Assembly (NCBI GenBank): GCA_964016885.1
Contig: OZ024742.1
Location: 56,234,001-56,298,000 of the forward strand
Direction of reading: 5' to 3'
DNA length: 64,000 bases
From: Eledone cirrhosa
Taxonomy: Eukaryota
The notes below the pieces were generated by a model. It made no database searches. It was not told the DNA's origin and was given only the letters and a program-made list of their open reading frames with translations. The position numbers and the translations under genes were made by a program. Positions 1-21,947 of the stretch are shown piece after piece. Positions within the stretch are counted from its first letter, which is position 1, and each line of letters starts with the position of its first letter.

Positions 1-414
1 TAGGTGACTAAATAAATCTGCATAGGTGTGAGATGTAAATCTCATTTCATAGCTGAGGAGGAGTGAAATAAAGATATAGTGTACATAGTTGTTGTTGAAG
101 TCGCTTTAATTTTATTATGTTGATCATTAAGAGAAATGTGGACCAAATAACTTCAATGTATATTGTCACTCAGCCGGTGTTTTTGTTTCAATATACAGTC
201 ACCCTTGACGCATCGTAGGCTGCTACGCAGAGTGCGTCCACGTGTAGTGGCCAGGGCAGTTACCTCTATATCCTTAGATATAGAGGTAACTGCAAAATAA
301 GTGAGTTTACTCAACATATAAGCTGTCATGAAACAACACATGGGAACTACCCTATGCTGTTTGGGGTTTAGTAGATGAAGCTGCTTCACTTTAACAAATG
401 CGACAATGCTCTAT

Positions 415-598
415 AATTGTTTCTACTTTAGTCACAAGGCCAGCAATAACCCAGTGCATTACTGGTACTTTATTTTATCGACCCCGTAAGGATGAAAGGA
501 AAAGTCAACCTCGGCGGGATTTGAACGCAGATCGTAAAGGGACGTAACTATGCTGGAAAGCATGGCGTCCGACCCTCTACCGATACTGCTAATCCACG
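415..598 (-). mobile_element. tRNA-derived SINE (family S1)
   Basis: Shares TACTTTATTTTATCGACCCCGTAAGGATGAAAGG..AACCTCGGCGGGATTTGAAC with several other copies in the window; B-box on the minus strand. Confidence 0.8.
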
Positions 599-959
599 CA
601 ATGCTCTATAATGGTTTCCTGATACAGCAGATCACCTTCTGAATATGTCGGTCACATGAAAAAATCCACTTTAAACTGATGGGTAGTAGTATTAACTGTT
701 GTTTCGTAAACACTTGACGTGGTAGCACTAGGTATTAAAATAGCTGCCATATATTACTCCAATTACACCTTGCTTTTCCCAGTAATGAAAGGCCACGACA
801 GATAATGTTGCGCTACTAATCATGATTTGTGTGCTCACTCTTGGTTGACCCAGGACTGAAAACCAAGAACTTGCCACGAAAATTGTTGTAGTCCCTCATA
901 ATATAACAGCTAAACACATTGTTATCAGAATAATATCCCATCCCTACCACCAGAAAACT

Positions 960-1690
960 TTGAAGACAGAATATCGAAAACTATTGTAGGGTGTGTAGCG
1001 AGAAATATTCTAAACAGGATAGCGAGAGACATTGTAGTCAGTATAGAAAAAGTATTGTAAAGAGAATATCGAGAAACATTGTTGTCAGGATAGGAAAACA
1101 AATATAGATAGGATTTCGAAAAACTATGTAGACAGAATAGGGAAAAACATTGCCTATAGAATATCGAAAAGCATTGTAGAGAGAATAAGAAAAAAAAACA
1201 TTGTATTGAGGATAGCGGAAAGCATTGAAGTCAGGATAGTGAAATACATTGTAGTCAGGATAGCGATAAACACTGTAGAGAGAATACCTAAACACATTGT
1301 AGTCAGGATAGCGAGAAACATTGTAGTCAGGATAGCGAAACATATTGTAGTCAGGATAACGAAAAACTTTCTAGTTAGAATAGTGAATAACATTGTAGAC
1401 TGGATAACGGAAAACTTTGTTGGCAGATTAAAAAAAACATATTGTAGAGAGGGTAGATAAAGAATATTGTAGACAAATATAACGAAAACCTTTATAGAGA
1501 GAACAACTAAAAACAATAGTAGACAAAATATCGGAATAGTTTACTTTAGTCACTTATAAAAGAATAGCAAAATAACATTATAGCATTAATAACCAAAATG
1601 TTGTAGCTGGAAATACGAACATTAATTTAGACAGAATTTATGAAAACCTTGATATCCAGAATAAGGAAAATCATTGTAAACTGTGTTACA
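960..1690. repeat. Degenerate ~24-bp minisatellite (AAACATTGTAGTCAGGATAGCGA)
   Basis: Visible tandem periodicity; explains the spurious repetitive ORFs at 1038-1516. Confidence 0.85.
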
Positions 1691-1789
1691 CTAACACTCT
1701 ATGAAAAACTACATTAATGGTAAATGTTCTGTACGGAATACACTTTAATTTATGGAGCATACAGTTCCATTGATGGAAAAGTTGGAGTA

Positions 1790-2625
1790 AGCAACGTTGT
1801 TTCCGAGGGAGGTCCAAAACCAACAACATGCAATGCGTTACAAATGTATCCCCAAGCCGGACAAGCTGAGCTCATGGATGTCACCCAACTTTCTTGCTCG
1901 GGGTATATCCCTAGCTCTCCCGTCGGTTAGTTTTGCACGTAAAATCTGTCAAGTGACTATTTCCTGAGACATTTTAACCACATGCCCATTGTATCGGTGC
2001 TGTGATCTCTCAATTCGAAGAAGTAGTTGCTCTACCTGTAGTGATTCTCTGATCTCCGAGAACGCGTTTCTCAGATTTCGCAGCACTGATTTCCATTCCA
2101 GCCATGCAACACTCGGCATCAAACATATCAAGTGCCAGTCGGAGATCACCTTCTGTCGAACTAAGTAACACCATGTCATCTGCAAATTCCAGCTGACTGA
2201 TTTTATACCTGCCAGTCGTGATACTACTTCCAATCCAGCTGCGCATGTCAATCCTGTTCATGAAAATGATGAATAAGTGAGATGACAGTGGAGTCCGACT
2301 CCCACATTGAATGGTTTCGATTTAGCACCATTTATCTGAATACAAATACTCGGGCATTCGTATAGAGATATCAGGACAGTAAGAAACTGACCATCAATCC
2401 AATACTCATGCAGAACCTTCCACAGAAAGTACCGAGGAACGCAGTAAAATGCCTTTTCGAGGTCTACAAAAAAGAATATACCTCTTGCAATACTGCCACG
2501 GTTTCTCGAAGACCTACCATCGTGCAAATATTTGGTCGGCTGTAATTGTGCCCGGGGCAAAAACTGCACCGTTCATAGAAAGTTTGATTTCGACAACTTC
2601 CCTGCATCTCTTTCCCAATGGTGCC
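1790..2625 (-). mobile_element. RTE-clade LINE, decayed RT fragment
   Basis: Frameshifted peptides FVDLEKAF, KPFNVGVGL, QLEFADDMVLL, GMEISAAKSE, LLLRIERSQ. Confidence 0.85.
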
Positions 2626-2927
2626 AAATAAATTAATTAGGATTCATTTTGAAATCTATCGACATTTAACAAGCTGCTATACTTCAAATAATATTTTGCA
2701 TTATATATTTTTTGTATTTTCTTCTTCTAAATATATTCATATGAAGTACTTTTAAGCATTTTGTTTCTGGCCAACTATTGAAATCCCCCTAACGCACCCA
2801 CACAAAAACAGTATATATAAAGTATAATTCTTCTGGATAAACCTAAATATTCTCATTACGCAGAAATGAAGAGACTTTAAGCAACTTCCAATTTTTCAAC
2901 TTTTGATCTTTGAATTTTCTTTAATAT

Positions 2928-2970
2928 AATATTTCATAAGAATAAAGTATTCATCGAAACCGGTAATATT
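2928..2970 (+). ncRNA. Decayed type I hammerhead (U3-A8 class)
   Basis: AATAT-TTCATAA-(GAATA/TATTC)-GAAA-CCGG-TA-ATATT. G5 is mutated. Followed by AATAAA and a tail running into TA. Confidence 0.45.
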
Positions 2971-3170
2971 TTATAGAAGAAAAACATTTAAAAAATAAAC
3001 TCTTACTATGTCGGATTTTAAAGAAATGGTTTAAATATACTTCCGTGGTGTTTCCAGTTTTACTTTATATATATATGTGTGTGTGTGTGGTGAACATTTA
3101 TATATCTTAGTTTCTATAAACATTATGCATTTAAACTACATGTATAACAGATATTATGTACATCTATCTA

Positions 3171-3304
<134 letters not shown>

Positions 3305-3433
3305 CATATGTGTATGTATGTACGTATGTATGTATTATGTATGTATTTATGCATGCATGCATCTATGTATGTATATATGTATATATAAGAGACTATGGTA
3401 TAATAAAAGGCAGTGATTAAGAAATTGACTTAC

Positions 3434-3485
3434 GTTGATTGCTCTTTGCCATAAAATGGTAACTGGAGGATTCCTGCTGGGAAAG
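3434..3485 (-). CDS. M13 peptidase internal exon, 52 nt (FPAGILQ motif)
   Basis: ttttgcag|CT TTC CCA GCA GGA ATC CTC CAG TTA CCA TTT TAT GGC AAA GAG CAA TCA AC|gtaagt = (S)FPAGILQLPFYGKEQS(T). The phase matches the previous exon. The HExxH exon was not found in 1-3433. Confidence 0.95.
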
Positions 3486-4199
3486 CTGCAAAAGAATGGA
3501 AAACATATCCTTAAATTGCATCTGAATATAATACATATATATACGGGTAACTCCATCCTTGTCCTATGTATATATATATATTCGTAAATAACTCTGTATC
3601 TGTGTGTCTCCGATTTTCTATCTCTATGCCTCTCCCTCAATATATATATATATATAATTCAATTAATGAAAGTTGGTTAATCCAAAAACTAAAACCACAC
3701 ATCTTAAACTGACTGAGGAGAACATCTGAAAGGGTTATTATGCAACCCCTCTGACATCTTCAAAATACATATAAACAGAATTATGTAATGTATAGATGCA
3801 CACGTAAAACAGCCAATCTTATTCATAATATATATATATATATATACTTTTATTAGGTTAAATCTCTACATATAAGATGAATATTGATTAAGTTACCCAA
3901 CAAGGAAAGCTCAGTGAAGATTAAGCTCAGAGCATAATTGTTATTACCCAGTTACATGTCTAAGTAAGTTTTATTCGATTGTCTTAATTAGGCAGGTAAC
4001 TAGTTAATGTACAGAGTGAGATATATATAGTAAAAGATTAATCATCTACAGGTGAACTTTCGACAATCTTGGCTAGATTATTTCTTCATGCGATTACATT
4101 TATTATTTGTCATTCTATATGTATGTACGTAATACTAGCCTTTTCTCTACTTGATATATGAAAATAACCTTTTTCTATATCGCTTTAATTTGTATAAAT

Positions 4200-4400
4200 A
4201 TGCGCGTGGCTGAGTGGTTAGAGAATTGAATTCGCAATCGAAACTTGTGAGTCCGAATACAAATCCAGGCGATGCGTTATGTCCTTGGGGAAGACACTTT
4301 ATTTTACGTTGCTCCTTCTACCCGGAGTTGCGATCGGTAGATAGTATTAGCAATTGTAAAGACCAATGGAAACATTGGTGCGATTGGACCAAAGTCGATC
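4200..4400 (+). mobile_element. tRNA-derived SINE (family S2)
   Basis: A-box TGGCTGAGTGG, then TGTCCTTGGGAAGACACTTTATTTTACGTTGCTCC; similar to 6255-6400. Confidence 0.65.
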
Positions 4401-4528
4401 GACTGTCATTGTATATTATATATATATATATACGTGTATACATTCATAAATACAGATATATATATATATGATTTTCTGTCTGTACGTATGAATGTATGCA
4501 CGAATGTATATATATATATATATATATC

Positions 4529-4571
<43 letters not shown>

Positions 4572-6254
4572 ACATATATATCTATGTATGTATGTATGTA
4601 TGTATGTATGTACGTATGCATGCATGTTTGCATATTACTCTTTAATCAATTTACACAAATTCAGCCAAAACCGACGTTATTAACCTAGTCAAATTTTCAT
4701 TCTAACTTTGTAATAAAATCTCATTGTTACACGGTAGAAAATATAAATTTACGTTGTTTTTTATAGCTTTGACACATAAACCACAGTCGCTGCTATATTC
4801 TTGTTAGAAATATTCCATAGTTTTAAAAGTGTTAAATCTCTTCCTCTTTCCATCACCCTCCCCGCCTTTCTTTAATTTCTATTTTCTCTCTGTGTGTCAA
4901 ATGTATAGTGTTTAATGGCATAGTAGGAGGATGCAAATGGATTTGCATAATTGTCATTAACCAACATTCTGGAACTATATGTGATTACAGTGCTCAATAT
5001 CCGATAAAATGGGGCAATACCCCTTTGATAGGTTGCCAATTATTGACATTCTTTCTGACGAGACTTTCTCTTTTATTGTCTTATTTTCTTATGTTGATTT
5101 TAATCCATCTGTATTAAATACATTTATAATGTTTCAATTACTGCTATTCTCCTCGCAACGTTAAAGTGGTTTGTGTTTCTTTGTTTATTTGAAATGGATA
5201 GCAAATTATTGTATGTGACCATTTTAAGCTATTTGTAATTATTGACGTTCATACTGATATCACATAAACTGCAGACATTTGACAACATTATATTTTTCTA
5301 GTGGACGTTTTTTAAAGCAATTTCCTGTCAGCAAATTACATTTAAAAACACATAAACCTCTCAGTCAGTGAAATTGTAATGGAATAGTTTTATTTCAACT
5401 TTATTTTTTGCATCCCTAGAGGAGAGATCATGCAGTAAATTCCTCATTAAGTATCTGTTGAACCAACCATTCATACATCATAAAGAGGTCTATCAACATT
5501 TTATAACATCTATAGAACGTATTTCTTCTCATCTTTCAGTATCCTTTGAAAAGGCTAAAAACGGCTTTAGAATATGAAAATTCGATTTTGAAATATTTAT
5601 TTTCTATAGTACTAACACATTCTTTGGTATGGGGTTATTCAAAGATTAGAACAATTTTTCGAATTTCAATTCATTGGATTATTCTTCAGATTTTTCACAT
5701 ATTTGACTAAAATTTTCAGATGAAAGCAATTCATGCTTTAAAAGCAATACTTATTTTCCATTCAGAATAAAAATACGAAACGGAAAATTATTCGATTTTT
5801 TTCTGTTTACATTTTTTTATGGTTGAATGAATGTTGGCAGTGTTAAAGGGAAAGAGGAAGTTAAGATGATTTATCGAATCTGAGTTTGATAACTTAATCA
5901 AAACTATGAAATATTAACACAGAATGCTAAAATATTACCAAATGAATGCTTATTTATTAATCTATTTATTTTTGTTTTAATTCTACTTTCATTCCTGCGT
6001 TCAATGCAAACTATATTCGATCAGTCACACTGCGCATGTACTAAATGCTCAAAAGAAGTGTATACCCCTTGCATAATTTACTTCACATAAGGAAAGCATT
6101 TTATAGCATATCGGAATCAGTAAAATAAATTGTTTTGTTTTGATATATTTGTTAATATATTTCATTTAGATGTTATAGTAAATCAAATCTAATATGTTAA
6201 TGTACACTACGTACATATAAGTATTCTATCACAGATTTATTGCTTTGCTTAACG

Positions 6255-6500
6255 TGAAGACGCATGGCTTAGAGGTTAGAGCATTGGGCTTGAAATCGAA
6301 AGGTTGTGAGTTCGATTTTCGGACCGGGTGATGTGTTGTGTCCTTGAGAAATTCATTTTATTTCACGTTACTCCAGTTTACTCAGCTGTAGAAATGAGTT
6401 GCGATCCTGCCAAATCAATGGGTGGCAGTAGTTCCAGCTGCACGCATCGAAAGACTGTTGTAGTGGTTCTGAGAACAATGCGGCTTTGCAGATGATCAAT
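6255..6500 (+). mobile_element. tRNA-derived SINE (family S2)
   Basis: A-box TGGCTTAGAGG, B-box GAGTTCGATT, body ACTCAGCTGTAGAAATGAGT. Confidence 0.7.
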
Positions 6501-6934
6501 GTATGTGTGTATATACATATATATATATATATAAATATTATATATATATATATATCAATAAGGCTGACGGCTGTATGTACTTAACAAACTTTTCTCCAAA
6601 CGGCACCAGATTTGCAACAGATTTGCACCATAGATGTAACTTTTTCCAAGTAAGAAAGTGAGAGTATTTTTGGCTACTAAATTTTGTTAAAAGATTAAGA
6701 TATTTTATTGTTTATTTAAATATTCACTTCTTTAAAATATTCAAATGTCAACACTTCCGGTTAACGATCACTTATGCGACATTCCTCTCTCTTTCTTAGT
6801 CTGTCTTTTTAGATAGATACATAGCTATAACGTCGCGCCCTTATAATATGTCTCTGTAATATCTGGCTTGTCTCATTATGAAAATCACTCTGTACATTGA
6901 CTTCGCTATCTGTGTGTGTATATATGTATAGATA

Positions 6935-6963
<29 letters not shown>

Positions 6964-6966
<3 letters not shown>

Positions 6967-7181
6967 GAACCAGTAAGACCCCGACAGCTGAGCTCAAGCC
7001 GTTTCGACGGCTAATTCTGGACTAAATGAAAATGTATCCTGGTATTTAAATAGCCGATCTTCTCAAGGGGTAATTCCATATATGGTCAAAGTGATTGTCA
7101 AAAATTACCCACTCTACTACCTCAAGTATTGAGTACTTTGGTGCGTTATGGTCCACCTGGTTCCTTACCACATTTCCTTCG

Positions 7182-7275
<94 letters not shown>

Positions 7276-7432
7276 CGATGGAAATGTGGTAAGGAACCAG
7301 GTGGACCATAACGCACAAAAGTACTCAATACTTGAGGTAGTAGAGTGGGTAATAGGAACCAGTAAGACCCCGACAGCTGAGCTCAAGAGCCGTCGAAACG
7401 GCTTGAGCTCAGCTGTCGGGGTCTTACTGGTT

Positions 7433-7436
<4 letters not shown>
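6964..7436. mobile_element. Two head-to-head palindromic insertions of HHR element family A, separated by (TA)n
   Basis: The segments GGAACCAGGTGGACCATAACGCAC and GACCCCGACAGCTGAGCTCAAG occur in both orientations. The family recurs at 21617-21836, 35420-35590, 41690-41868 and 50984-51110. Confidence 0.85.
6978..7071 (-). ncRNA. Type I hammerhead ribozyme, U3-A8 core variant
   Basis: Minus strand: ACCCC-TTGAGAA-GATCGGCTA...TAGCCGTC-GAAA-CGGC TTGAGCTCA GCTG-TC^GGGGT. Confidence 0.8.
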
Positions 7437-7474
<38 letters not shown>

Positions 7475-7507
7475 AAGAAATTAAAAGATGGTTTAAAAAG
7501 TTATATA

Positions 7508-7578
7508 TATTTTATTATGCGCATTTCAAAAGCAAATATCATCCTGGGACGATCGTTGCTTTCTCATCAGATAAAATA
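7508..7578 (-). ncRNA. Type I hammerhead ribozyme
   Basis: TATTTTAT-CTGATGA-GAAAGCAA...TTGCTTTT-GAAA-TGCGCA-TA^ATAAAATA; 8-bp helix I and palindromic helix III. Confidence 0.9.
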
Positions 7579-7635
7579 AGATAAAATGATATGATGCCTA
7601 AAAAGCACTTGTGAACAAGGAAGTGTCCAGTCGAT

Positions 7636-7691
<56 letters not shown>

Positions 7692-8011
7692 TTAGCATCA
7701 TAAATAAGAGACAGTTTAATTTGTACATTTTATTACACTATTCCTTTATACGTATTCCTATATGCATACATAAACATGTTATTTACAGTTGTATAAAAAA
7801 GAAGTATAATTCTTTAAAATTTGGCACAAGGCCAGCAATTATCCCAGTATATTACTGGTACTTTATTATATATAATATATATAATACGACATTCCTCTCG
7901 CTTTCGTACTCTGTCTTTTTAGATAGATACATAGCTATAACGTCGCGTCCTAATAATAACTCTCTGTCTGGCTGCTTGTCTGCATTGACTTCGCTTCTAA
8001 CCCACCTTTAA

Positions 8012-8072
<61 letters not shown>

Positions 8073-8077
8073 TATAT

Positions 8078-9480
8078 TCGTGTACATATTTTCAACAGTA
8101 ATACTATACTATATATGTTCAACAGTAATACTATACTATACATTTTCAACAGTGATACTATACTATGCTATATATTTTCAACAGTAATACTATACTATAT
8201 ATGTTTAACAGTAATACTATACTAGATGTTTTCAACATTAATATTAAACTCTATATTTTCAAAGATAATACTGTACTATATATTTTCAACAGTAATACTA
8301 TAATATATATTTTCATCAGTAATACTGTACTATATATTTTCAACAGTAATACTGTACTATACTATATATTTTCAACAGTAATACTGTACTATATATTTTC
8401 AACAGTAATACTATACCATATATTTCCAACAGTAATACTGTACTATATATTTTCAACAGTAATACTATACTATATGTTTTAACAGTAATACTATACTATA
8501 TATGTTCAACAGTAATACTATACTATACATTTTCAACAGTGATACTATACTATGCTATATATTTTCAACAGTAATACTATACTATATATGTTTAACAGTA
8601 ATACTATATGTTTTCAACATTAATATTAAACTCTATATTTTCAAAAATAATACTATACTATATATTTTCAACAGTAATACTATACTATATATTTTCAACA
8701 GTAATATTGTACTCTATATTTTCAACAGTAATACTATACTATATGTTTTCAACAGTAATATTATACTATATATTTTCAAAGGTAATACTATACTATACTA
8801 TATATTTTCAACAGTAATACTATACTATATATGTTTAACAGTAATACTGTACTATATAATTTCAACAGTAATACTGTACTATACTATATATTTTCAACAG
8901 TAATACTGTACTATATATTTTCAACAGTAATACTATACCATATATTTCCAACAGTAATACTGTACTATATATTTTCAGCAGTAATACTATACTATATGTT
9001 TTAACAGTAATACTATACTATATATGTTCAACAGTAATACTATACTATACATTTTCAACAGTGATACTATACTATGCTATATATTTTCAACAGTAATACT
9101 ATACTATATATGTTTAACAGTAAAACTATATGTTTTCAACATTAATATTAAACTCTATATTTTCAAAGATAATACTATATATTTTCAACAGTAATACTAT
9201 ACTATATATTTTCAACAGTAATATTGTACTCTATATTTTCAACAGTAATACTATACTATATATTTTCAACAGTAATATTATACTATATATTTTCAAAGGT
9301 AATACTATACTATATGTTTTCAACAGTAATACTATACTATATATGTTTAACCGTAATACTGTACTATATAATTTCAACAGTAATACTGTACTATACTATA
9401 TATTTTCAACAGTAATACTGTACTATATATTTTCAACAGTAATACTATATCATATATTTTCAACAATAATACTATACTAC
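8078..9480. repeat. ~24-bp minisatellite (ATATTTTCAACAGTAATACTATACT) with higher-order repeats
   Basis: Tandem units. The variant unit CAACATTAATATTAAACTC recurs near 8233, 8615 and 9137. Confidence 0.9.
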
Positions 9481-9499
9481 ACAGACTGCTTATCGTTTG

Positions 9500-9599
9500 T
9501 TTATCCTAGCGAAGCTAGGTACGTCAGCTATATATATATATCTGGATGTCGTAGAACACGCCAATGGTAGCCGGGCGCCAGCCGGACGGGCCAGCTAGT
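9500..9599 (+). mobile_element. Two Helitron-like 3' ends
   Basis: Hairpin CCTAGCGAAGCTAGG followed by ...CAGCTA, and GCCGGGCGCCAGCCGGACGGGCCAGCTAG|T, which resembles the element end at 54099-54130. Confidence 0.55.
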
Positions 9600-9617
9600 A
9601 TATATATACATATATAC

Positions 9618-9649
<32 letters not shown>

Positions 9650-9691
9650 TTATATATATATTTATATATATATTTATATATATATAGTAAT

Positions 9692-9886
9692 AATTGTTTC
9701 TACTTTTGGCACAATATTCCAGTGTTCTAATTATCCCAGTGTATTATTGCTACTTTTTTTTATCGACCGTGTAAGGATGAAAGGCAAAGTTAACCTCGGC
9801 GGTATTTGAACTCAGTCCGTTAAGGGACGTAACTGTGCTGCAAAGCATGGCGTCCGACCCTCTACCGATACTGCCAATCCACCACT
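9692..9886 (-). mobile_element. SINE family S1
   Basis: Homologous to 415-598 and 29038-29226. Confidence 0.8.
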
Positions 9887-10032
9887 CTTTAGTAATAATG
9901 ATAAATTTGAAGACTAAAATCCAAAGAGGGCTCGATAAACATAAATATATATCAAATATATAAGAACCGTAGAGCAAATATTTGTTATTTTAATCTGTTA
10001 TTTTAATAAATATATATATATACATATATAAA

Positions 10033-10950
10033 AGACACTCCACCAGACATGACAATCGCTGCAGGCTAGCCAACTGCCCCATCAACGACACAGACCTATG
10101 CCACCAGGCTTACGTCGTATACAGACTAGAGTGCGACAAATGCAGCAACTTCTACGTAGGTAGCACCACCAGACCACCCCACATAAGAATAAAAGAACAC
10201 CTCAATACTAACGCTTCCTCATTCAAGAAACACCTAGTTAAATGCAAAAACACCGACAAAACCATAACAGTTAGGATAGAAACTAAGGAAAGAAACCTCG
10301 GCAATTTTAGAATTAAGGAAGCACTAATTATAGACAAAACGCAACCACCAATCAATAATAGACTAGAACTCAACACCCAATTTATAACTTGATAGAGCAT
10401 CTAGCCCCACACACACAGACACACAGACAGGCTTCACCTCCACTTATTCTCTCTCACACACACACACCTACACACACAAAGACCAGTTCTAACACGAGAT
10501 AACATCTATCCCCCACATTTACGTATAGACATATCTTCTCACTCTCACACACACATACAACCACATACTTACACCTTCACGCATTCTCCCACACACTTAA
10601 ACAGGCATGTACAAAAAAAAGCCTTTTAAAGGGAGACTACTCTTTATCCACCTAACCTTAACTCTTTGACATTAGAGATACAACAGATACTCTATACCAT
10701 TTCCTGTCAGCATGACTTGGCAAGCTATTTAGAACACTGGTTTAACCGCTTTACTTCCCTCCGAAGAAGAGATATTATCTCGAAAATTAAGGACATTTAA
10801 TTACATCTAAGGTAAAAGACTAATTGTTAACAATATCTTTTGCATTTGCATTCTTTATTCTATGTCCATACCTACATTGTTTTGGCTTTATTATACATAT
10901 ACAAACGTTTATAACTCATTACACAATGCTTCAAGTGAGCTATAACTTCC
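10033..10950 (+). mobile_element. Penelope-like element 3' fragment (GIY-YIG ORF 10033-10392 plus 3' UTR)
   Basis: Open frame ...C-x4-C-x7-C..VVYRLECDKCSNFYVGSTTRPPHIRIKEH...IKEALIIDKTQPPINNRLE, ending at TGA 10390-10392. Degenerate HHR-like motif CCGAAGA..GAAA near 10757-10795. TA-flanked. Confidence 0.88.
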
Positions 10951-11094
10951 TCCATATATATATATTTATTAAAATAACATATTAAAATAACAGATTAAAA
11001 TAACAAATATTTGCTCTACGGTTCTTATATATTTGATATATATTTATCCTTATCGAGCCCTCCTTGGATTTTAATCAATTTATCATTATTATTA

Positions 11095-12295
<1,201 letters not shown>

Positions 12296-12709
12296 AAAAA
12301 CCCATTGTTTGCTTAGAATAAATGAACCTTGAAAATTAGGAGTGCCTGCATTTGTATCATTCTGTATCACTATGTATTTTTCTCTAAATATAATTTTTTC
12401 AAACAATCCACACTCTTTAAATCCATCACATAATGATCTCCACCCATCCCAATCACCATCTTCCCATACATACAGAAAATGTATAAATACCACCATATCA
12501 CATTGACACTCGGCTTTCCTGATGATTTCCTTCGAATGAAACAGTTCTACATTAAAAATGTATATTCTGCTATGTATCTGTGATTATCCATGATTAAACT
12601 CGGGATAGTTGTATAACGGCTTCTTGTTGATAAACGGGTGTAAGCAGCAAGCGCACCCCACGTCAGTTTTATGTATCCTGCTGCTTATCACAGGGTTATC
12701 AGATAAGAA

Positions 12710-15031
<2,322 letters not shown>

Positions 15032-15107
15032 GATATTTCCTCCGTCACTCCTATGTGGAATAAGTACTATGAGTGCTTGAATTGAATTGCATCAATATTT
15101 ACCCTAA

Positions 15108-15160
<53 letters not shown>

Positions 15161-15161
15161 A

Positions 15162-15297
<136 letters not shown>

Positions 15298-15302
15298 GAT
15301 AA

Positions 15303-15349
<47 letters not shown>

Positions 15350-15365
15350 CATAAATAAAAAAAAT

Positions 15366-15411
<46 letters not shown>

Positions 15412-15585
15412 AGAAAGACGTAAAATAAGAAAATTATAAAAATTAACTTACTAAAATTTCACTCCAACTTTCATATAATTGTTCTGCATCCCCTTGCATT
15501 GAACCACAAAGTTACTAAGACAAAACCTATATATTTGCTAGAATAGATATGCATCTGTATATATATGTTGGTAGATATACTAATT

Positions 15586-15642
<57 letters not shown>

Positions 15643-15656
15643 CATATATATATATA

Positions 15657-15803
15657 CACCCTCGGAACTCTCTTCCTACCCACTTTTCTCCTGATGAAGG
15701 GCTTATGCCCGAAACGTCGTTCCACACCCCTACACACTCTCAAAAGCGTCAGCCTAATAAACTCTTATTTGTACTGCCTTTTGTTCCCGTCTAAGTTTTA
15801 ACG
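15657..15803 (+). mobile_element. Penelope-type 3' end with minimal HHR (15690-15720)
   Basis: CTGATGA-A-GGGC TTAT GCCC-GAAAC-GTC, then AATAAA and TA. Helix I is weak. Confidence 0.7.
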
Positions 15804-15847
<44 letters not shown>

Positions 15848-15848
<1 letters not shown>

Positions 15849-16703
15849 CCATCCTAAACCTTGTTTTTAGTAACCACACAGCTCCTTTCGTTTCATATCA
15901 TTTTGTATTTACCGCTGTGACCGTACCTGCTTTGGTCGATCTATCTTCCCTCCACACTTTCGCATCGACCCTCCCCTCACTCTTCCCTTCTCCTCCTCAC
16001 TCTCGTTTTTTTCTCTCTCCCTCTCTCTCTCTATTTATCCGTTCTGTTTTGATTGTTGACATGTTTACACGTGCCGTGGTGGCCTCTCTGTCTGCAATCT
16101 TTGCGGCACGTTTTTACAACCGTCGTAAAAAAAACCCTTCTGGATTATCTCCCTTTCTCTTCTCCTCCTCACTTTTGGTTGCTCGTGTGCCTCTCTCACT
16201 TTCTCCCGTCTATGTGAGAGGCAGCACGATCATACCAGCTCTGAGCCGTAGCTGACCACCAGGCTAAAGTCTCCCAGGTTGGCCACAACTTACTTTCCCT
16301 ATTTTTCCACGGTTACTCTTTCGCATGTTTCTTTCACCTGTGTCTTACCACGATAGGACCTGTACACCTTCTTTTTCTCCTATTCCTTTCCTATTTTTCC
16401 CCCCTCTCCTCATCTTTTCCCCCCCTGTTCATCCTCCTTTCTCTCTCTTTCCTTTTCTCTCTCCTTTTTTTCTCCCCTTTTTTCTCTCTTTCTCTCTCCT
16501 TTTCCACCCGGCCTTTTGATTAATAAAAGGCCTAGGGCACACCCGAGCTGCACCGATGTCCTGTAATTCAGCGCCGAAACATCGGTTCGGGAAACAGCTG
16601 ACGATAGAAACTCCTTTCTTCCTTTCTCCTCCTATTCCGCCCTAACCACCATCCTAAACCTTGATTTTAGTAACCACACAGCTCCTTTCGTTTCATATCA
16701 TTT

Positions 16704-16708
<5 letters not shown>
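15848..16708. mobile_element. ~800-bp element with ~60-bp terminal direct repeats (pLTR/retrozyme-like)
   Basis: ACCATCCTAAACCTTG...TCATTTTGTA occurs at 15848-15908 and 16648-16708; microsatellite flanks. Confidence 0.7.
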
Positions 16709-16742
<34 letters not shown>

Positions 16743-16875
16743 GTGAGGTTTTTTTTTAAAAATGAAAAATAACCGAGGAGTTCTACACGAGTGAAAGTAT
16801 AAAGAAAAAGAGATGAAATCGAAAATGCAACTGGAGTCTTATTTTTTTTTTTTAAATATATATATTTATTTGGTT

Positions 16876-16913
16876 CCTTTACCGGTTTCGCAGTTCTTCT
16901 GCTTTTCAAAAGG
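16876..16913 (-). ncRNA. Minimal type I hammerhead, U3-A8 variant
   Basis: CCTT-TTGAAAA-GCAG AAGAA CTGC-GAAA-CCGG-TA^AAGG. Confidence 0.82.
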
Positions 16914-16996
16914 TGAGTTGAGATGGAGGGTCTGTGGTTTTTCTCACATCTGGTTGGTCTCTGACTGCAGTTGCAATTTTGATTTCATCTCTTTTT

Positions 16997-21543
<4,547 letters not shown>

Positions 21544-21566
21544 TATATATATATTTATTTATTTAT

Positions 21567-21618
<52 letters not shown>

Positions 21619-21833
21619 CGAAGGAAATGTGGTAAGGAACCAGGTGGACCATAACGCACCAAAGTACTCAATACTTAGGGTAGTAGAGTGGGTAATAGGA
21701 ACGAGTAGGACCCCGACGGCTGAGCTCAAGTAGTTACGACGGCAAATTTTGGACTAAAAAAAAAAAAAAAAAATTCATTTAAAAAATTTTTTTTTTTTTT
21801 TATCCAGAATCAGCCGTCGGGGTCCTACTCGTT

Positions 21834-21947
<114 letters not shown>

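Noticed and set aside
3708-3756. CTGAGGA...GAAA-GGGTT/AACCC-CTC hammerhead-like string
   Set aside because: Helices I and II barely pair; this may be a decayed copy but cannot be supported.
12515-12550. CTGATGA...GAAACAGTT
   Set aside because: No helix I and a poor helix II.
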